A stretch of DNA of 64,000 nt from Acidimicrobiales bacterium (GCA_965115985.1 OZ220474.1:3172504-3236503); one strand, 5' to 3'; positions 8,370-16,871 are shown, counted from the stretch's first letter. Numbers and translations are program-made. The notes: generated by a model not told the origin, from the letters alone.

Positions 8370-8864
8370 ATGACTAACCCTGACGAACACAAGGAAGCCC
8401 CGGTGGAGGATTTCGACGAGGAAGATCTGGACGGTGATCTGGACGACGACCTCGACGGTGATCTGGATGGCGACCTCGACGACGATCTGGACGGTGATCT
8501 GGACGACGACCTCGACGACGACGAGGAGGACGATGACGAGGAAGCCGGCAACGGGTCGAACCGCGGCGGTTCGACCATGTCCGAGGATGATAACGAGGAC
8601 AAGGAGGACATAGACCCCGACAATGTGGAGGACGATCTCGACACCATCCTGAAGGATCGTCTGGCCGCGGGCGACGACGAGGACGAGGACGAGGACACCC
8701 CCGAGCCCCCGCCCGAGGCCGCGGGCCAGGTGGCCCCCAAGCGCGACAACGAATGGACCTGCGAGGGGTGTTTCCTGATCGTCAGCTCCAGCCAGTTCGG
8801 GCCTCGCGACAACCCCCGATGCCCATCGGGGGAGGAGCCCTGCCCATCGCTGGATCGGCTGTGA
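8370..8864 (+). CDS. DUF4193-like acidic protein with C-terminal Cys cluster
   Basis: Asp/Glu-rich body and C-terminal WTCEGCFLIV...RCPSGEEPC. The ATG at 8370 is preceded by gaggagg. A TTG at 8349 would give a longer ORF. Confidence 0.65.
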   Translation: MTNPDEHKEAPVEDFDEEDLDGDLDDDLDGDLDGDLDDDLDGDLDDDLDDDEEDDDEEAGNGSNRGGSTMSEDDNEDKEDIDPDNVEDDLDTILKDRLAAGDDEDEDEDTPEPPPEAAGQVAPKRDNEWTCEGCFLIVSSSQFGPRDNPRCPSGEEPCPSLDRL

Positions 8865-8934
8865 GTTCGACCGGCGACCCCGATTTGGATCGGGATCGGC
8901 TGTGAGTTCGACCGGCGACCCCGATTCGGATCGG
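8853..8934. repeat. 2 x 41-bp tandem duplication of a GTGA stop/start junction
   Basis: Copies start at 8853 and 8894. The TGA of the DUF4193 gene (8862-8864) is in copy 1. GTG 8902 of the next ORF is at the same position in copy 2. Confidence 0.95.
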
Positions 8935-9150
8935 GAGTCGTTGGACAAGCTGTTGGATGCGCTGGTGTTCGCGCCGCTGGGGCTTTTGGCCGGGCCGGCT
9001 CGATCGAACGAGGATCTGGCGGCTCGGGGCCGGCGACACCTGGAAGCCGCCAAGCTGCTGGGGCGCATGGCTCTGGATCACCCCCCGACCTCGCCCACCA
9101 CCGGCTCCAACTCCGAGCACCCACCCGCCCCGGACCCGGGCTCGAGCTGA
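8902..9150 (+). CDS. Small hypothetical protein
   Basis: 82-codon ORF bounded by junction repeats on both sides. No recognisable domain. Confidence 0.3.
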   Translation: MSSTGDPDSDRESLDKLLDALVFAPLGLLAGPARSNEDLAARGRRHLEAAKLLGRMALDHPPTSPTTGSNSEHPPAPDPGSS

Positions 9151-9281
9151 CCGGTGGGTTCGGCATCGACCTTGAGATCGTGTCCGGTAGCCCCCGACCC
9201 GGACCCGGGTTGACCGGTGGCAGTGCTTGTAGACCCTCATGCCCCCGGTAGCCCTCGACCCGGACCCGGGTTGACCGGTGG
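9128..9281. repeat. Three copies of a junction motif (cccggacccggg..TGACCGGTGG; periods 63 and 61 bp)
   Basis: TGACCGGTGG occurs at 9148-9157, 9211-9220 and 9272-9281. The first TGA ends ORF 8902-9150. The GTG in the last copy (9278) starts the GNAT gene. Confidence 0.9.
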
Positions 9282-9778
9282 GTGAGCGGCCGGTCACCGA
9301 AGCGGCCAGAACGGCCCGACCCGATGAGGTGGGTCTGGTGGCCGACTTGGCCCGCGAAGCTCGACACGAGGCTTTGCAGTACCGGGGAGGAGAGCGCTGG
9401 TTGGCCACCGAAGCAGCTCCCGAACCGCTGGAGGATCGTTTCCGAGAGTCGTTGGCCGATCCCGATGCCGTCCTGGTGGTGGGGGTGTGGGAGGAGTCGG
9501 TGGTCGGGTACGGGTGGGCCCGACGGCGGATACGCCTGGATGGATCGCCGGTGGGTCGGATCGAGGAGCTGTTCGTCGCCCCCGATGCCCGGTCGGTGGG
9601 GGTGGGGGAGTCGCTGTTCGAGGCGCTGTTGTCGTGGGCCGGCGACCAGAAACTGGTGGCCATGGACGCATTCGTGCTGCCCGGCCACCGCGCCGCCAAG
9701 AACTTCTTCGAGACCTTCCGCATGACCGCCCACGGGTTGATAATGCACACCCGGTTGGACCAGGACCGGACCGCATGA
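9278..9778 (+). CDS. GNAT family N-acetyltransferase
   Basis: IEELFVAPDARSVGVGESLFEALL is an acetyl-CoA binding-type motif. Typical size of 166 aa. Confidence 0.8.
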   Translation: MGERPVTEAARTARPDEVGLVADLAREARHEALQYRGGERWLATEAAPEPLEDRFRESLADPDAVLVVGVWEESVVGYGWARRRIRLDGSPVGRIEELFVAPDARSVGVGESLFEALLSWAGDQKLVAMDAFVLPGHRAAKNFFETFRMTAHGLIMHTRLDQDRTA

Positions 9779-9842
9779 GCGGACTAACCGGTCGCCGATG
9801 GGGACATACCCGGTTGGACCAGGACCGGACCGCATGAGCGGA
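9749..9842. repeat. Duplicated 35-bp ATGA junction (period 59 bp) between GNAT and NUDIX genes
   Basis: acccggttggaccaggaccggaccgcATGAgcgga occurs at 9749-9783 and 9808-9842. TGA 9776-9778 stops GNAT. ATG 9834 starts NUDIX. Confidence 0.95.
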
Positions 9843-10232
9843 CCGGAGCTGTGCGTGGGGGCGGTGGTGGTGCGGGAGAGTTCCATCCTGCTCATACGCC
9901 GGGGCCATCCGCCGGGGGAGGGGCGGTGGTCGGTGCCCGGCGGCAGGGTGCAACGGGGGGAGAGCCTGACCGATGCCGTCCGCCGGGAGCTACGGGAGGA
10001 AACCGGTTTGGACGGGGAGGTCGGCGAAGCCCTCGGCTGGACCGAGCTCATAGGTCGCCGCCGTCACTTCGTGGTGGTGGACTACCGGGTCACCGTGGCT
10101 CCCGATGCCCGGGCGACGGCTGGATCCGATGCCTCCGGTGCGGCTTGGGTCGCCTTCGACGATCTCGGTAACTGGGACTTGGTGGACGGCCTTCAGCAGT
10201 TCTTGGCCGACCACGAGGTCATTCCCCGGTAG
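9834..10232 (+). CDS. NUDIX hydrolase
   Basis: Nudix box GGRVQRGESLTDAVRRELREETGL. A longer ORF from 9798 exists, but ATG 9834 is the duplicated junction start. Confidence 0.85.
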   Translation: MSGPELCVGAVVVRESSILLIRRGHPPGEGRWSVPGGRVQRGESLTDAVRRELREETGLDGEVGEALGWTELIGRRRHFVVVDYRVTVAPDARATAGSDASGAAWVAFDDLGNWDLVDGLQQFLADHEVIPR

Positions 10233-10284
10233 CCGCCGGATTATTCCCCAGTAGCCACGAGGTCATTCCCCGGTAGCCGCCGGA
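10211..10284. repeat. Duplicated 30-bp convergent stop/stop junction (period 44 bp)
   Basis: ccacgaggtcattccccggtagccgccgga occurs at 10211-10240 and 10255-10284. The NUDIX TAG (10230-10232) is in copy 1. The stop of the minus-strand gene (tca 10263-10265) is in copy 2. Confidence 0.95.
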
Positions 10285-11651
10285 GTTCTGGTGCCCCGGC
10301 GCTTGCGCTTGGGGGCGGGGGAGGGCTCCACCCCGAACAGCGACGCGATATGGGGAACCCGGTTGGCCAGTTTCTTCACCTCGGTCAGCAGTTCCTGGTC
10401 GGGTTTTTCCGGTATGCCCAGGGGCTTCACCGTCCAGCGAACCGGCGAGAACGCCACCGCTCCCAGAACGGTGATCCACCGCTTGGTCGGAGTGTCGCCG
10501 GCCAACTCGGCACTGGCCGCCTCGGTCAACCGGGTGACTATGTCCTGGGGCAGGGGCACCCCCGCTTTTGGGGGCCGGGAGCTGAGCCTCAGGGCCCGGA
10601 CCATGCGACCGTCGGCCAAAGTGGCCGCCACCTCGGCCAGCCATTCGGAATGCTCCCGATCCACCCGCTCGGTGAGCTTGGCTCGCAATTCCTCGGCCAT
10701 GGCCTTGGTCTCGTCGTCGTCGGCCCCGGTTTCGGCCGCCACCACCACCGAGCGAAGGTCGCGCAAGTCGATCTCGCCCGCTCCTGCCAATGCCGCCTCC
10801 GCCCGATCCCGCCACTCCGCGGCCCGCATCCGGGGAAGCAACTTGCGAGCCACCGCCAAGAAATCCGCGGATTTGTCGGGGGTGGGTGGTTCGTCCTTGG
10901 GTGGTTTCTTGTCGGCTTCGGTCGCGGTCTTGTCGGGGGTGGGTGGTTCGTCCTTGGGTGGTTTCTTGTCGGCTTCGGTCGCGGTCTTGTCGGGGGTGGG
11001 TGGTTCGTCCTTGGGTGGTTTCTTGGCTGCCTCGGCCGCGTCGCGGGATTTTTTGCGTTGGTCCCGAAGGGCTTGCTCCACCGAGCCGATGCCGTCCCTG
11101 ACCATCTTCTCGGCGACGGGCTTCTGGTCGTCGGGCAGGCTGTCGATCACCGCTTGACGATGGACCCGGTTGGGGCGCAGGCGTCGGGGTTGGGGACGAT
11201 CATCCTCACGCCGGGGCTTGGATCGCGAGCGATCCTTTCCGTCGCCGCCATCCCTACGGCCCCGATGATCCCGGTTGTCCCGACGGTCGTCGCGGTTGCG
11301 GCGGTCGTTGCGGTCGCGGGTGTCCCTGTCCTTGCGCCCGGACACCAACCGAGTGGTGACCAGCGCCTGCTCCCGGCCCGATCCCAGTATCTCCAACGTC
11401 TCGGGCATGGGGCGCTTCTGCTTGGCTGCGAACACCTCGATGATCTCGATGCCGTCCATGTGGAACTCGGCCTCGACGGTCACCTCGTCGCCCACCTCCA
11501 CCGGGAAGGTGAGCAGGTCGCCCGGGAGGTCGCCCTTGGGTTGGCGAGCCCCGGCGGCCCGCCATGTCCAAGAACCGTCGGAACGCCGGCTGGTCAGCTC
11601 AATCTCAATCCTTCGAGACACCGGCGGCCACGCTACCGCACCGATGCCCAA
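10263..11651 (-). CDS. Hypothetical protein with Arg/Asp-rich segment and 19-aa tandem repeats
   Basis: 462-codon ORF containing an RDRNDRRNRDDRRDNRDHRGRRD stretch and KKPPKDEPPTPDKTATEAD x 2.7. No family was recognised. Confidence 0.5.
   Translation of the reverse strand: MGIGAVAWPPVSRRIEIELTSRRSDGSWTWRAAGARQPKGDLPGDLLTFPVEVGDEVTVEAEFHMDGIEIIEVFAAKQKRPMPETLEILGSGREQALVTTRLVSGRKDRDTRDRNDRRNRDDRRDNRDHRGRRDGGDGKDRSRSKPRREDDRPQPRRLRPNRVHRQAVIDSLPDDQKPVAEKMVRDGIGSVEQALRDQRKKSRDAAEAAKKPPKDEPPTPDKTATEADKKPPKDEPPTPDKTATEADKKPPKDEPPTPDKSADFLAVARKLLPRMRAAEWRDRAEAALAGAGEIDLRDLRSVVVAAETGADDDETKAMAEELRAKLTERVDREHSEWLAEVAATLADGRMVRALRLSSRPPKAGVPLPQDIVTRLTEAASAELAGDTPTKRWITVLGAVAFSPVRWTVKPLGIPEKPDQELLTEVKKLANRVPHIASLFGVEPSPAPKRKRRGTRTPAATGE
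10872..11024. repeat. In-frame 57-bp tandem repeat x 2.7 inside CDS 10263-11651
   Basis: Near-identical DNA units encode KKPPKDEPPTPDKTATEAD. The period is divisible by 3. Confidence 0.95.
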
Positions 11652-11691
11652 TCGTAGAACTGCTGACGAGTTCCGCTGCGGCGCACATCCC

Positions 11692-12063
11692 TCAGCATCG
11701 CTCCAGCACTGCGGCGGCGGGAACGGCGAACCCCCCGAGATCGACGGCGACCGTGGCCGTGGCCGGGGTGAGCCCGATGAGCACCCTGGGGGTCCAGGCG
11801 ACCCGGGCCGTCACCCGTAGAACCGAAGAGCCGGCGTTCCGGCTCACGCATCCGGCCAGAGCGGTGCCGTCGATGCGGGTGGTGTTCACCGTGTCCGAAT
11901 CGCAGCCGCGTCCGCCACAGGTGTCGATGAACCGGGCTGCGGCCCGCTCGGCCCGGACCGCGGCCAGGTTGCGGTTGGTTATCAGTTCGCCATGGTCGGC
12001 CAGCGAGCCGGTGGTCAGCGCAATCCCTATGCCCAGGGCCAACAGGACGATGGCGGTGTACAT
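11692..12063 (-). CDS. TadE-like pilus-assembly/pseudopilin protein (actinobacterial Tad-neighbourhood type)
   Basis: Short protein with the N-terminal hydrophobic helix MYTAIVLLALGIGIAL, located at the distal end of the Tad operon. Confidence 0.5.
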   Translation of the reverse strand: MYTAIVLLALGIGIALTTGSLADHGELITNRNLAAVRAERAAARFIDTCGGRGCDSDTVNTTRIDGTALAGCVSRNAGSSVLRVTARVAWTPRVLIGLTPATATVAVDLGGFAVPAAAVLERC

Positions 12064-12067
12064 CGGC

Positions 12068-12487
12068 CTAGCCGACGGGTTCGACGGCCACGGCGACGAC
12101 CCGGTCGATCACCAGCAGCTTGCCCAGATCGACCGGGCACTCGGCCACCGCGGCCACCGAGGCTCCGGCACCGGGCCGGTGGGAAGACGGAGGTTGGGAC
12201 ACCAGGCTGATGCGGAAGCCGGCATCGGTCTGGTCGCAGACCCCGGCGGTGGCGGCCCGCCCGGACTGCTCCACGGTGGCCACCACCTCGCGCCACCGGG
12301 GCCGGGCCGACGGCTCGGCCCCGGAAGCAGTGGAGTCGGTCAGGGCATCGGCGGCGTAGGCCGCCGCGGTTTCCGCGAACGTCGAGGTCCGGTGGTTGGC
12401 CGCTCCCAACGTTCCCGCGGCGTTGAGCACCACCAAGCCCAGCACCATTACCGGCAGGATGAGCAAGAAGGCGATGGCGTCGCTCAT
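12068..12487 (-). CDS. TadE-like protein
   Basis: N-terminal AIAFLLILPVMVLGLVVL resembles a TadE-domain helix. Operon context. Confidence 0.55.
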   Translation of the reverse strand: MSDAIAFLLILPVMVLGLVVLNAAGTLGAANHRTSTFAETAAAYAADALTDSTASGAEPSARPRWREVVATVEQSGRAATAGVCDQTDAGFRISLVSQPPSSHRPGAGASVAAVAECPVDLGKLLVIDRVVAVAVEPVG

Positions 12488-12495
12488 CGGGGTCT

Positions 12496-12592
12496 CCTCT
12501 GCGTGACCCGGCTCAGCGCAACTCGGCTCAGCACGATCCGGCTCCCCTCTGCGTGACCCGGCTCAGCGCAAATCGGCTCAGCATGATCCGGG
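12496..12592. repeat. 2 x 50-bp tandem duplication at a stop/start junction inside the Tad operon
   Basis: Copies start at 12496 and 12546. The stop of CDS 12578-12979 (tca 12578-12580) is in copy 2 and is repeated at 12528-12530. The next gene starts at 12487. Confidence 0.95.
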
Positions 12593-12979
12593 GACGCTCA
12601 GGGCTACGGTGCCGGCCACCGAGTGGCAGGCGGTGGCGGTGGTGTTGAGCACGGATCCCCGAGTGTCCAGCGGGGCGGTGGTCACCGCGACGATCAGGTT
12701 GCAGGCATCGGCGTGGACCTCGACGGCCACCGGCTGCACCGCCAGATGCTCGATTCGGCTCAGGGCGGCCTGGGAGGCAGCGGCCACTGCCTCGGGCGGG
12801 GGGTCGGACCGGCACTGCCAACCGGCCGCGGAGGCGGCCTGGGCCGCAGCCGCGGCCGCCGACTGGGCCGCGGCCCCGGTGGACAGCTTGGTGACATGGC
12901 TCACGTACAAACCGGTGATCAGAGCCAGAAGGAGCATCAGCAGAACCGAGGTGCGCAACACCACCAGAGAGTCGGCCAT
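12578..12979 (-). CDS. TadE/TadG-like pseudopilin candidate
   Basis: N-terminal hydrophobic helix VLLMLLLALITGLYV. Small secreted-type protein in the Tad operon. Confidence 0.45.
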   Translation of the reverse strand: MADSLVVLRTSVLLMLLLALITGLYVSHVTKLSTGAAAQSAAAAAAQAASAAGWQCRSDPPPEAVAAASQAALSRIEHLAVQPVAVEVHADACNLIVAVTTAPLDTRGSVLNTTATACHSVAGTVALSVPGSC

Positions 12980-12988
12980 GGGTGGTTA

Positions 12989-13213
12989 CTACTTGTCGCC
13001 GCAACTTCCGGAATCGTCGTCGCCCTTCCAAGTGCCTTTCACCGCATCGCACAACACCTTGCTGGTGATCTTGGTCTTGTCGATGTTCTCGGTGCCGTCC
13101 ACTCCGGCCTTGGGAGCGTTGGAGCTGAGTTGGGCGTAGACGATGATGGCCACGATGGCGGCGGCGGCGATGCCGACGACGATCAGGATCATCTGGACGA
13201 TGGCTGACTGCAT
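12989..13213 (-). CDS. Small pilin-like protein in the Flp position, without a leader peptide
   Basis: 74 aa starting MQSAIVQMILIVVGIAAAAIVAIIVYAQL. ggag lies 8 nt upstream of the ATG and an in-frame stop lies 14 codons upstream. It is located between the TadC-like and TadE-like genes. Confidence 0.45.
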   Translation of the reverse strand: MQSAIVQMILIVVGIAAAAIVAIIVYAQLSSNAPKAGVDGTENIDKTKITSKVLCDAVKGTWKGDDDSGSCGDK

Positions 13214-13252
13214 GATTGGGTTCTCCAGTAAAAGCGGGGCTGCCGGTGGGCT

Positions 13253-13981
13253 TCAGATCACGAAGATCACGGCAGCCATGACGGTGAGACCAGCGATGGC
13301 AGACACGAGAGTGACTGTGGTTCCTATGGCCCGGCCGAGCTGGTCGATGGCCAGGCGCTTCTCGGACTCCAGGGTCCGGATGGATCGGGACAGGGACTTG
13401 TCCAGCAGGTCCGAGGAAGCCGCCCCGGCCCGCTCGGCGGCCACCACCGAACTCAGCAATGGCTCGGTGGGTGATCCGGCGATGACCGCGGTTACCGCGG
13501 GCAGCGGGTCCCGGCCCACCTCCAGGGCTCCCCCTATGGCTCCCCGAGCCACGGTGAACGCCCGACCGGTCACCGTCAGGGCGGCGTTGACCGCGGCGGC
13601 GTTGATGGGCTGGCCCGACGCGGTGAGCAACCGCAGCTTGCGCATCCACTCGAGCATCTTGTGATCCCGCTCGCCGCGGTAGGCGGCCGCGGCCATGAAC
13701 CGGATCGCCGCCGGTGCCCCCTGCGGCAGCCAGGTCCCGGCGATCACCGCCACGGCCAGACCCCCGGCCCCACCGAACAGCCCCCAGCCCACCGAACCCC
13801 CGATGACCACGGCGGCGGCCGACAGGCCCCATCCGGCCACAAAAACCCGGTTGGGCGACCATCCCATTGCCGAGGCCTGAACCATGGCTCGACCCCCGGC
13901 CCGAGGAGCGGTCAGCAACAGCAGGGCGATGGCCACAACCCCCGACAGCCCGGCCAGCGCCATCATCGGGCGGCCTGCCAT
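13253..13981 (-). CDS. tadC: Type II secretion system F-family protein (TadC-like)
   Basis: Polytopic membrane protein immediately downstream of the TadB-like gene, with T2SS-F-like loop segments. Confidence 0.6.
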   Translation of the reverse strand: MAGRPMMALAGLSGVVAIALLLLTAPRAGGRAMVQASAMGWSPNRVFVAGWGLSAAAVVIGGSVGWGLFGGAGGLAVAVIAGTWLPQGAPAAIRFMAAAAYRGERDHKMLEWMRKLRLLTASGQPINAAAVNAALTVTGRAFTVARGAIGGALEVGRDPLPAVTAVIAGSPTEPLLSSVVAAERAGAASSDLLDKSLSRSIRTLESEKRLAIDQLGRAIGTTVTLVSAIAGLTVMAAVIFVI

Positions 13982-14244
13982 GCCGGGGCGTGTACCCGGG
14001 TGCAGAGTGCCGCGGTCAACACCGCCAATAGCATCATTGGGCGGCCTGCCATGCCGGGGCGTGTACCCGGGTGCAGAGTGCCGCGGTCAACACCGCCAAT
14101 AGCATCATTGGGCGGCCCGCCATGCCGGGGCGAGCACCCGGGTACAGAGTGCCGCGGTCAACACCGCCAATAGCATCATTGGGCGGCCCGCCATGCCGGG
14201 GCGAGCACCCGGGTACAGAGTGCCGCGGTCAACACCGCCAATAG
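13961..14244. repeat. 4 x 71-bp tandem repeat of the tadB-stop/tadC-start overlap
   Basis: Copies start at 13961, 14032, 14103 and 14174. Each unit holds both a TadC-type ATG (MAGRPMM) and the TadB-type TGA about 16 nt downstream. The real tadC start is in copy 1 (13981). The real tadB stop is in copy 4 (14176-14178). Confidence 0.97.
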
Positions 14245-15000
14245 CAGCAGGAGTTGCTGGCCGGCCGTCGAGGCCAGCCAGGCTCCCACGTCCCGGGCGG
14301 CAAAGCCGGTGATGGCCATCATGGCGACCGCCATCACCACCGTGGCCGCGATCTGGGGCATGAGAGCAGCCACGTGGCGATGGAAGTGGCGAGCGGTTTC
14401 GGCGGCCTCGGCGGCCTCGTCGGCCAGGACGCCGGCCAGGGTCACCCACTGCGAGCCCCCGTGGAAAGCCTCGGCCAGCATCGTGGTCACCATCTCGGCC
14501 AACGGGCGCTTGATGGTGGCCGCGAACCGGCTGGCCGCTTCCACCAGCCCCCCGGTCTCGCACTCCGCGGCCATCCGCCGGGCGGCGACTCCCACCCGAC
14601 CCGAAACCAGCGGCGCGGCATCGATGACCGCCTGAACCACCGTCGGAGCCACCAGAGCCTGGTTGGCCAGCGCGCCGGCGAGCTGGGCCAGCTCGTCGGT
14701 CTCCTTAAGGGCGCGACGTGAACGGGCCTGCACGGCGAACGCCCATGCACACACCCCGGCCAGCACGGCCGCCCCCATCCCCGTGGCCACCCCGACCAGA
14801 ACCAGTCCGGCAACGAACCCGGTGATCACCACCGAGGCGGCAATCACCGGGCCGAACCAGGACGATCCCCCTCGGGGCCGTGAGAGAACCGCCATTCCGC
14901 CGAGCCGGAGCACCGAGCGACCTCCTGTCGGGGTCGGCCACCCGATCACCGCGCACAGCGCGAGCCCGGCCACTGCGACCACCAGGATCCGAGCAGTCAT
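14176..15000 (-). CDS. tadB: Type II secretion system F-family protein (TadB-like)
   Basis: Membrane protein. ATG 15000 overlaps the CpaF stop (ATGA). The longer ORF in the track (to 16005) is an alternative-frame extension through cpaF. Confidence 0.6.
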   Translation of the reverse strand: MTARILVVAVAGLALCAVIGWPTPTGGRSVLRLGGMAVLSRPRGGSSWFGPVIAASVVITGFVAGLVLVGVATGMGAAVLAGVCAWAFAVQARSRRALKETDELAQLAGALANQALVAPTVVQAVIDAAPLVSGRVGVAARRMAAECETGGLVEAASRFAATIKRPLAEMVTTMLAEAFHGGSQWVTLAGVLADEAAEAAETARHFHRHVAALMPQIAATVVMAVAMMAITGFAARDVGAWLASTAGQQLLLLLAVLTAALCTRVLAPAWRAAQ

Positions 15001-16754
15001 GGTTTTCCTGCCGCGGGAACCGTGGCCCGGCCCCTTGAGCCCGTGGGGATCATCGTCTCGTTCGTTCGGGTTCCCGGCCCAGGGATACGTTCCTGTGAGC
15101 CCGTGGGGATCATCGTCTCGTTCGTTCGGGTTCCCGGCCCAGGGATACGTTCCCGTGAGCCCGTGGGGATCATCGACTGTCGGTTGGGGGGTGGTTCCCG
15201 GCCGTCGGCCGACCGGAGCTCGATGCCCACCGACCGGTACAACTGCTCGGCCTGGCCGTGGGGCCAGCCCACCGGGGCGGCCCACCGCCGACCGGGTTGG
15301 CGTGTCCACAGGCATCGGGTGGTGATGGTGTCGTGCTCGTCGTCGTAGCTGACGATCTGGGTGACGTCGGAGATCACCCGCTCCCCCTGCTCGTTGCGAC
15401 CCATCCACACCAAAAGATGAACGGCTATGGCGATCTGCTGGCGGGCGAACCGGGGATCGGCCCCCTCGCTGCACGCGTAGGACACCAGCTTGGCCAGCAC
15501 CCCCGGCCCCGGCTGGCTGTGGAGGGTGACCAGGCAGCCGTTGAGTCCACTGCTCATGGCGTCCAGCAACGCCAGGGTGCCCTCGCCCCGGGTCTCGCCG
15601 ATCACCAGCTTGGACGAGTTGGCCCGCTTGGCGTCCCGGATGTGGTCGCTCATGGTCAGCTTGCCCACCCCGTCGTTGTTGGCGTCCCGGGTGAGCCGCT
15701 CGAAGCTGTTGGGATGTATGCCGTACTGGGCCAGGCGCAGCTCGGGGGTGTCCTCGATGGTGTCGATCCTCTCCGAGCCGTCCACGGTGGCCAGCAGGGC
15801 CTGGCACAACGTGGTTTTCCCACCCCCCATGGCGGCGGCGATCACCACGTTGGCCCTGACCGGGCCGGACACCGCGCCCACCAGGATCCTCCTCAACTGC
15901 GGGCCGGCGACGTCGAGGGCCTCGAGGGAGGCCTTGCCGGCCATGTTCGACCTGAGGACCATCGTGGGGGGATGGCACATGAACGCCTCGGCGTGGAGCC
16001 GCCACCGATCACCGAGGCGGATGTCCAGGCGGCTGTCCAGCACGTCGAACCGCTGGGGGTGCCCGCCGGAAAAGCTGGCCAGTTGCCGAGCCGTCTCTAT
16101 CAGTTCGTCGTCGGAGGCGAACGGCGAGTCCCGGCGCTCCCGCTGCCCCTCGGAGCGGTGGACGATCATGCACTCGCCTCCCCTGATCTGGAACTCCTCG
16201 ACCCCGGGTTCGTCCAGCAGGTCGGACAGCCGACTCTGCGCGGCCTGCGAGGCCGACCAGAGATGGGTCTCGCGGTCGAGAGGATCGAGCCGGCGGGGGG
16301 CGACCGCCGCCCACACCAGCCGCCGTCCGAGGCGGCGAAGCCGGCGAAGGTGCCCCCGGGCCGGTTCCGGGGGCACCCACAGGGTGAAGACCCGCTCTCG
16401 GCGGGCATTGTCCAGTTCGGGTTGTTCATCGGACACCACCACCGACACGATCGGGGTGGACCGACGCGGCCCGCTGTCCAGCCGGAGCTGGGAACGCACG
16501 TCGGTGCTGTCGGCCGAGGTGATCCACAGCACCGCGGCCGCCGAGGCGATGGCCGATTCCAGACGAACCGCCGGCTCGTCGTCGTCCAGCGACAGCACCG
16601 TGGGATGACCGGCCGCCGACGCCCGGTCGATCTCCGCCGAAGAGGCGGCCAGCACCACGTCGGCCGCCGCGGCGGTCATCCCGTCCAGCACCCCATCCAG
16701 CACCCGTTGGGCGGCCTCGACTCCGAGCAGACGATCGCGAACCGCCAGCAGCAT
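14997..16754 (-). CDS. tadA: CpaF/TadA-family secretion ATPase with ~190-aa N-terminal extension and repeated C-terminal tail
   Basis: Walker A AAMGGGKTT, VIGETRGEG box, LTLHSQ-type His box region. 585 aa. Confidence 0.9.
   Translation of the reverse strand: MLLAVRDRLLGVEAAQRVLDGVLDGMTAAAADVVLAASSAEIDRASAAGHPTVLSLDDDEPAVRLESAIASAAAVLWITSADSTDVRSQLRLDSGPRRSTPIVSVVVSDEQPELDNARRERVFTLWVPPEPARGHLRRLRRLGRRLVWAAVAPRRLDPLDRETHLWSASQAAQSRLSDLLDEPGVEEFQIRGGECMIVHRSEGQRERRDSPFASDDELIETARQLASFSGGHPQRFDVLDSRLDIRLGDRWRLHAEAFMCHPPTMVLRSNMAGKASLEALDVAGPQLRRILVGAVSGPVRANVVIAAAMGGGKTTLCQALLATVDGSERIDTIEDTPELRLAQYGIHPNSFERLTRDANNDGVGKLTMSDHIRDAKRANSSKLVIGETRGEGTLALLDAMSSGLNGCLVTLHSQPGPGVLAKLVSYACSEGADPRFARQQIAIAVHLLVWMGRNEQGERVISDVTQIVSYDDEHDTITTRCLWTRQPGRRWAAPVGWPHGQAEQLYRSVGIELRSADGREPPPNRQSMIPTGSRERIPGPGTRTNETMIPTGSQERIPGPGTRTNETMIPTGSRGRATVPAAGKP
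15037..15176. repeat. In-frame 60-bp tandem repeat x 2.3 in the 3' end of tadA
   Basis: Units start at 15037, 15097 and 15157 and encode MIPTGS(R/Q)ERIPGPGTRTNET. The period is divisible by 3. Confidence 0.95.
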
Positions 16755-16871
16755 TAGTTGCCCCCCTCGACTCCGAGCAGACGATCGCGAACCACCGGCA
16801 GCATTAGTTGCCCCCCTCGACTCCGAGCAGACGATCGCGGACCGCCGGCAGCATTAGTTGCCCCCCTCGAC
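16716..16871. repeat. 3 x 50-bp tandem repeat of a TAATG stop/start junction (cpaB-like/tadA)
   Basis: Copies start at 16716, 16766 and 16816, with a partial copy at 16866. The tadA ATG (16754) is in the copy nearest tadA. The upstream gene stop (tta 16854-16856) is in the copy nearest that gene. Confidence 0.97.
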
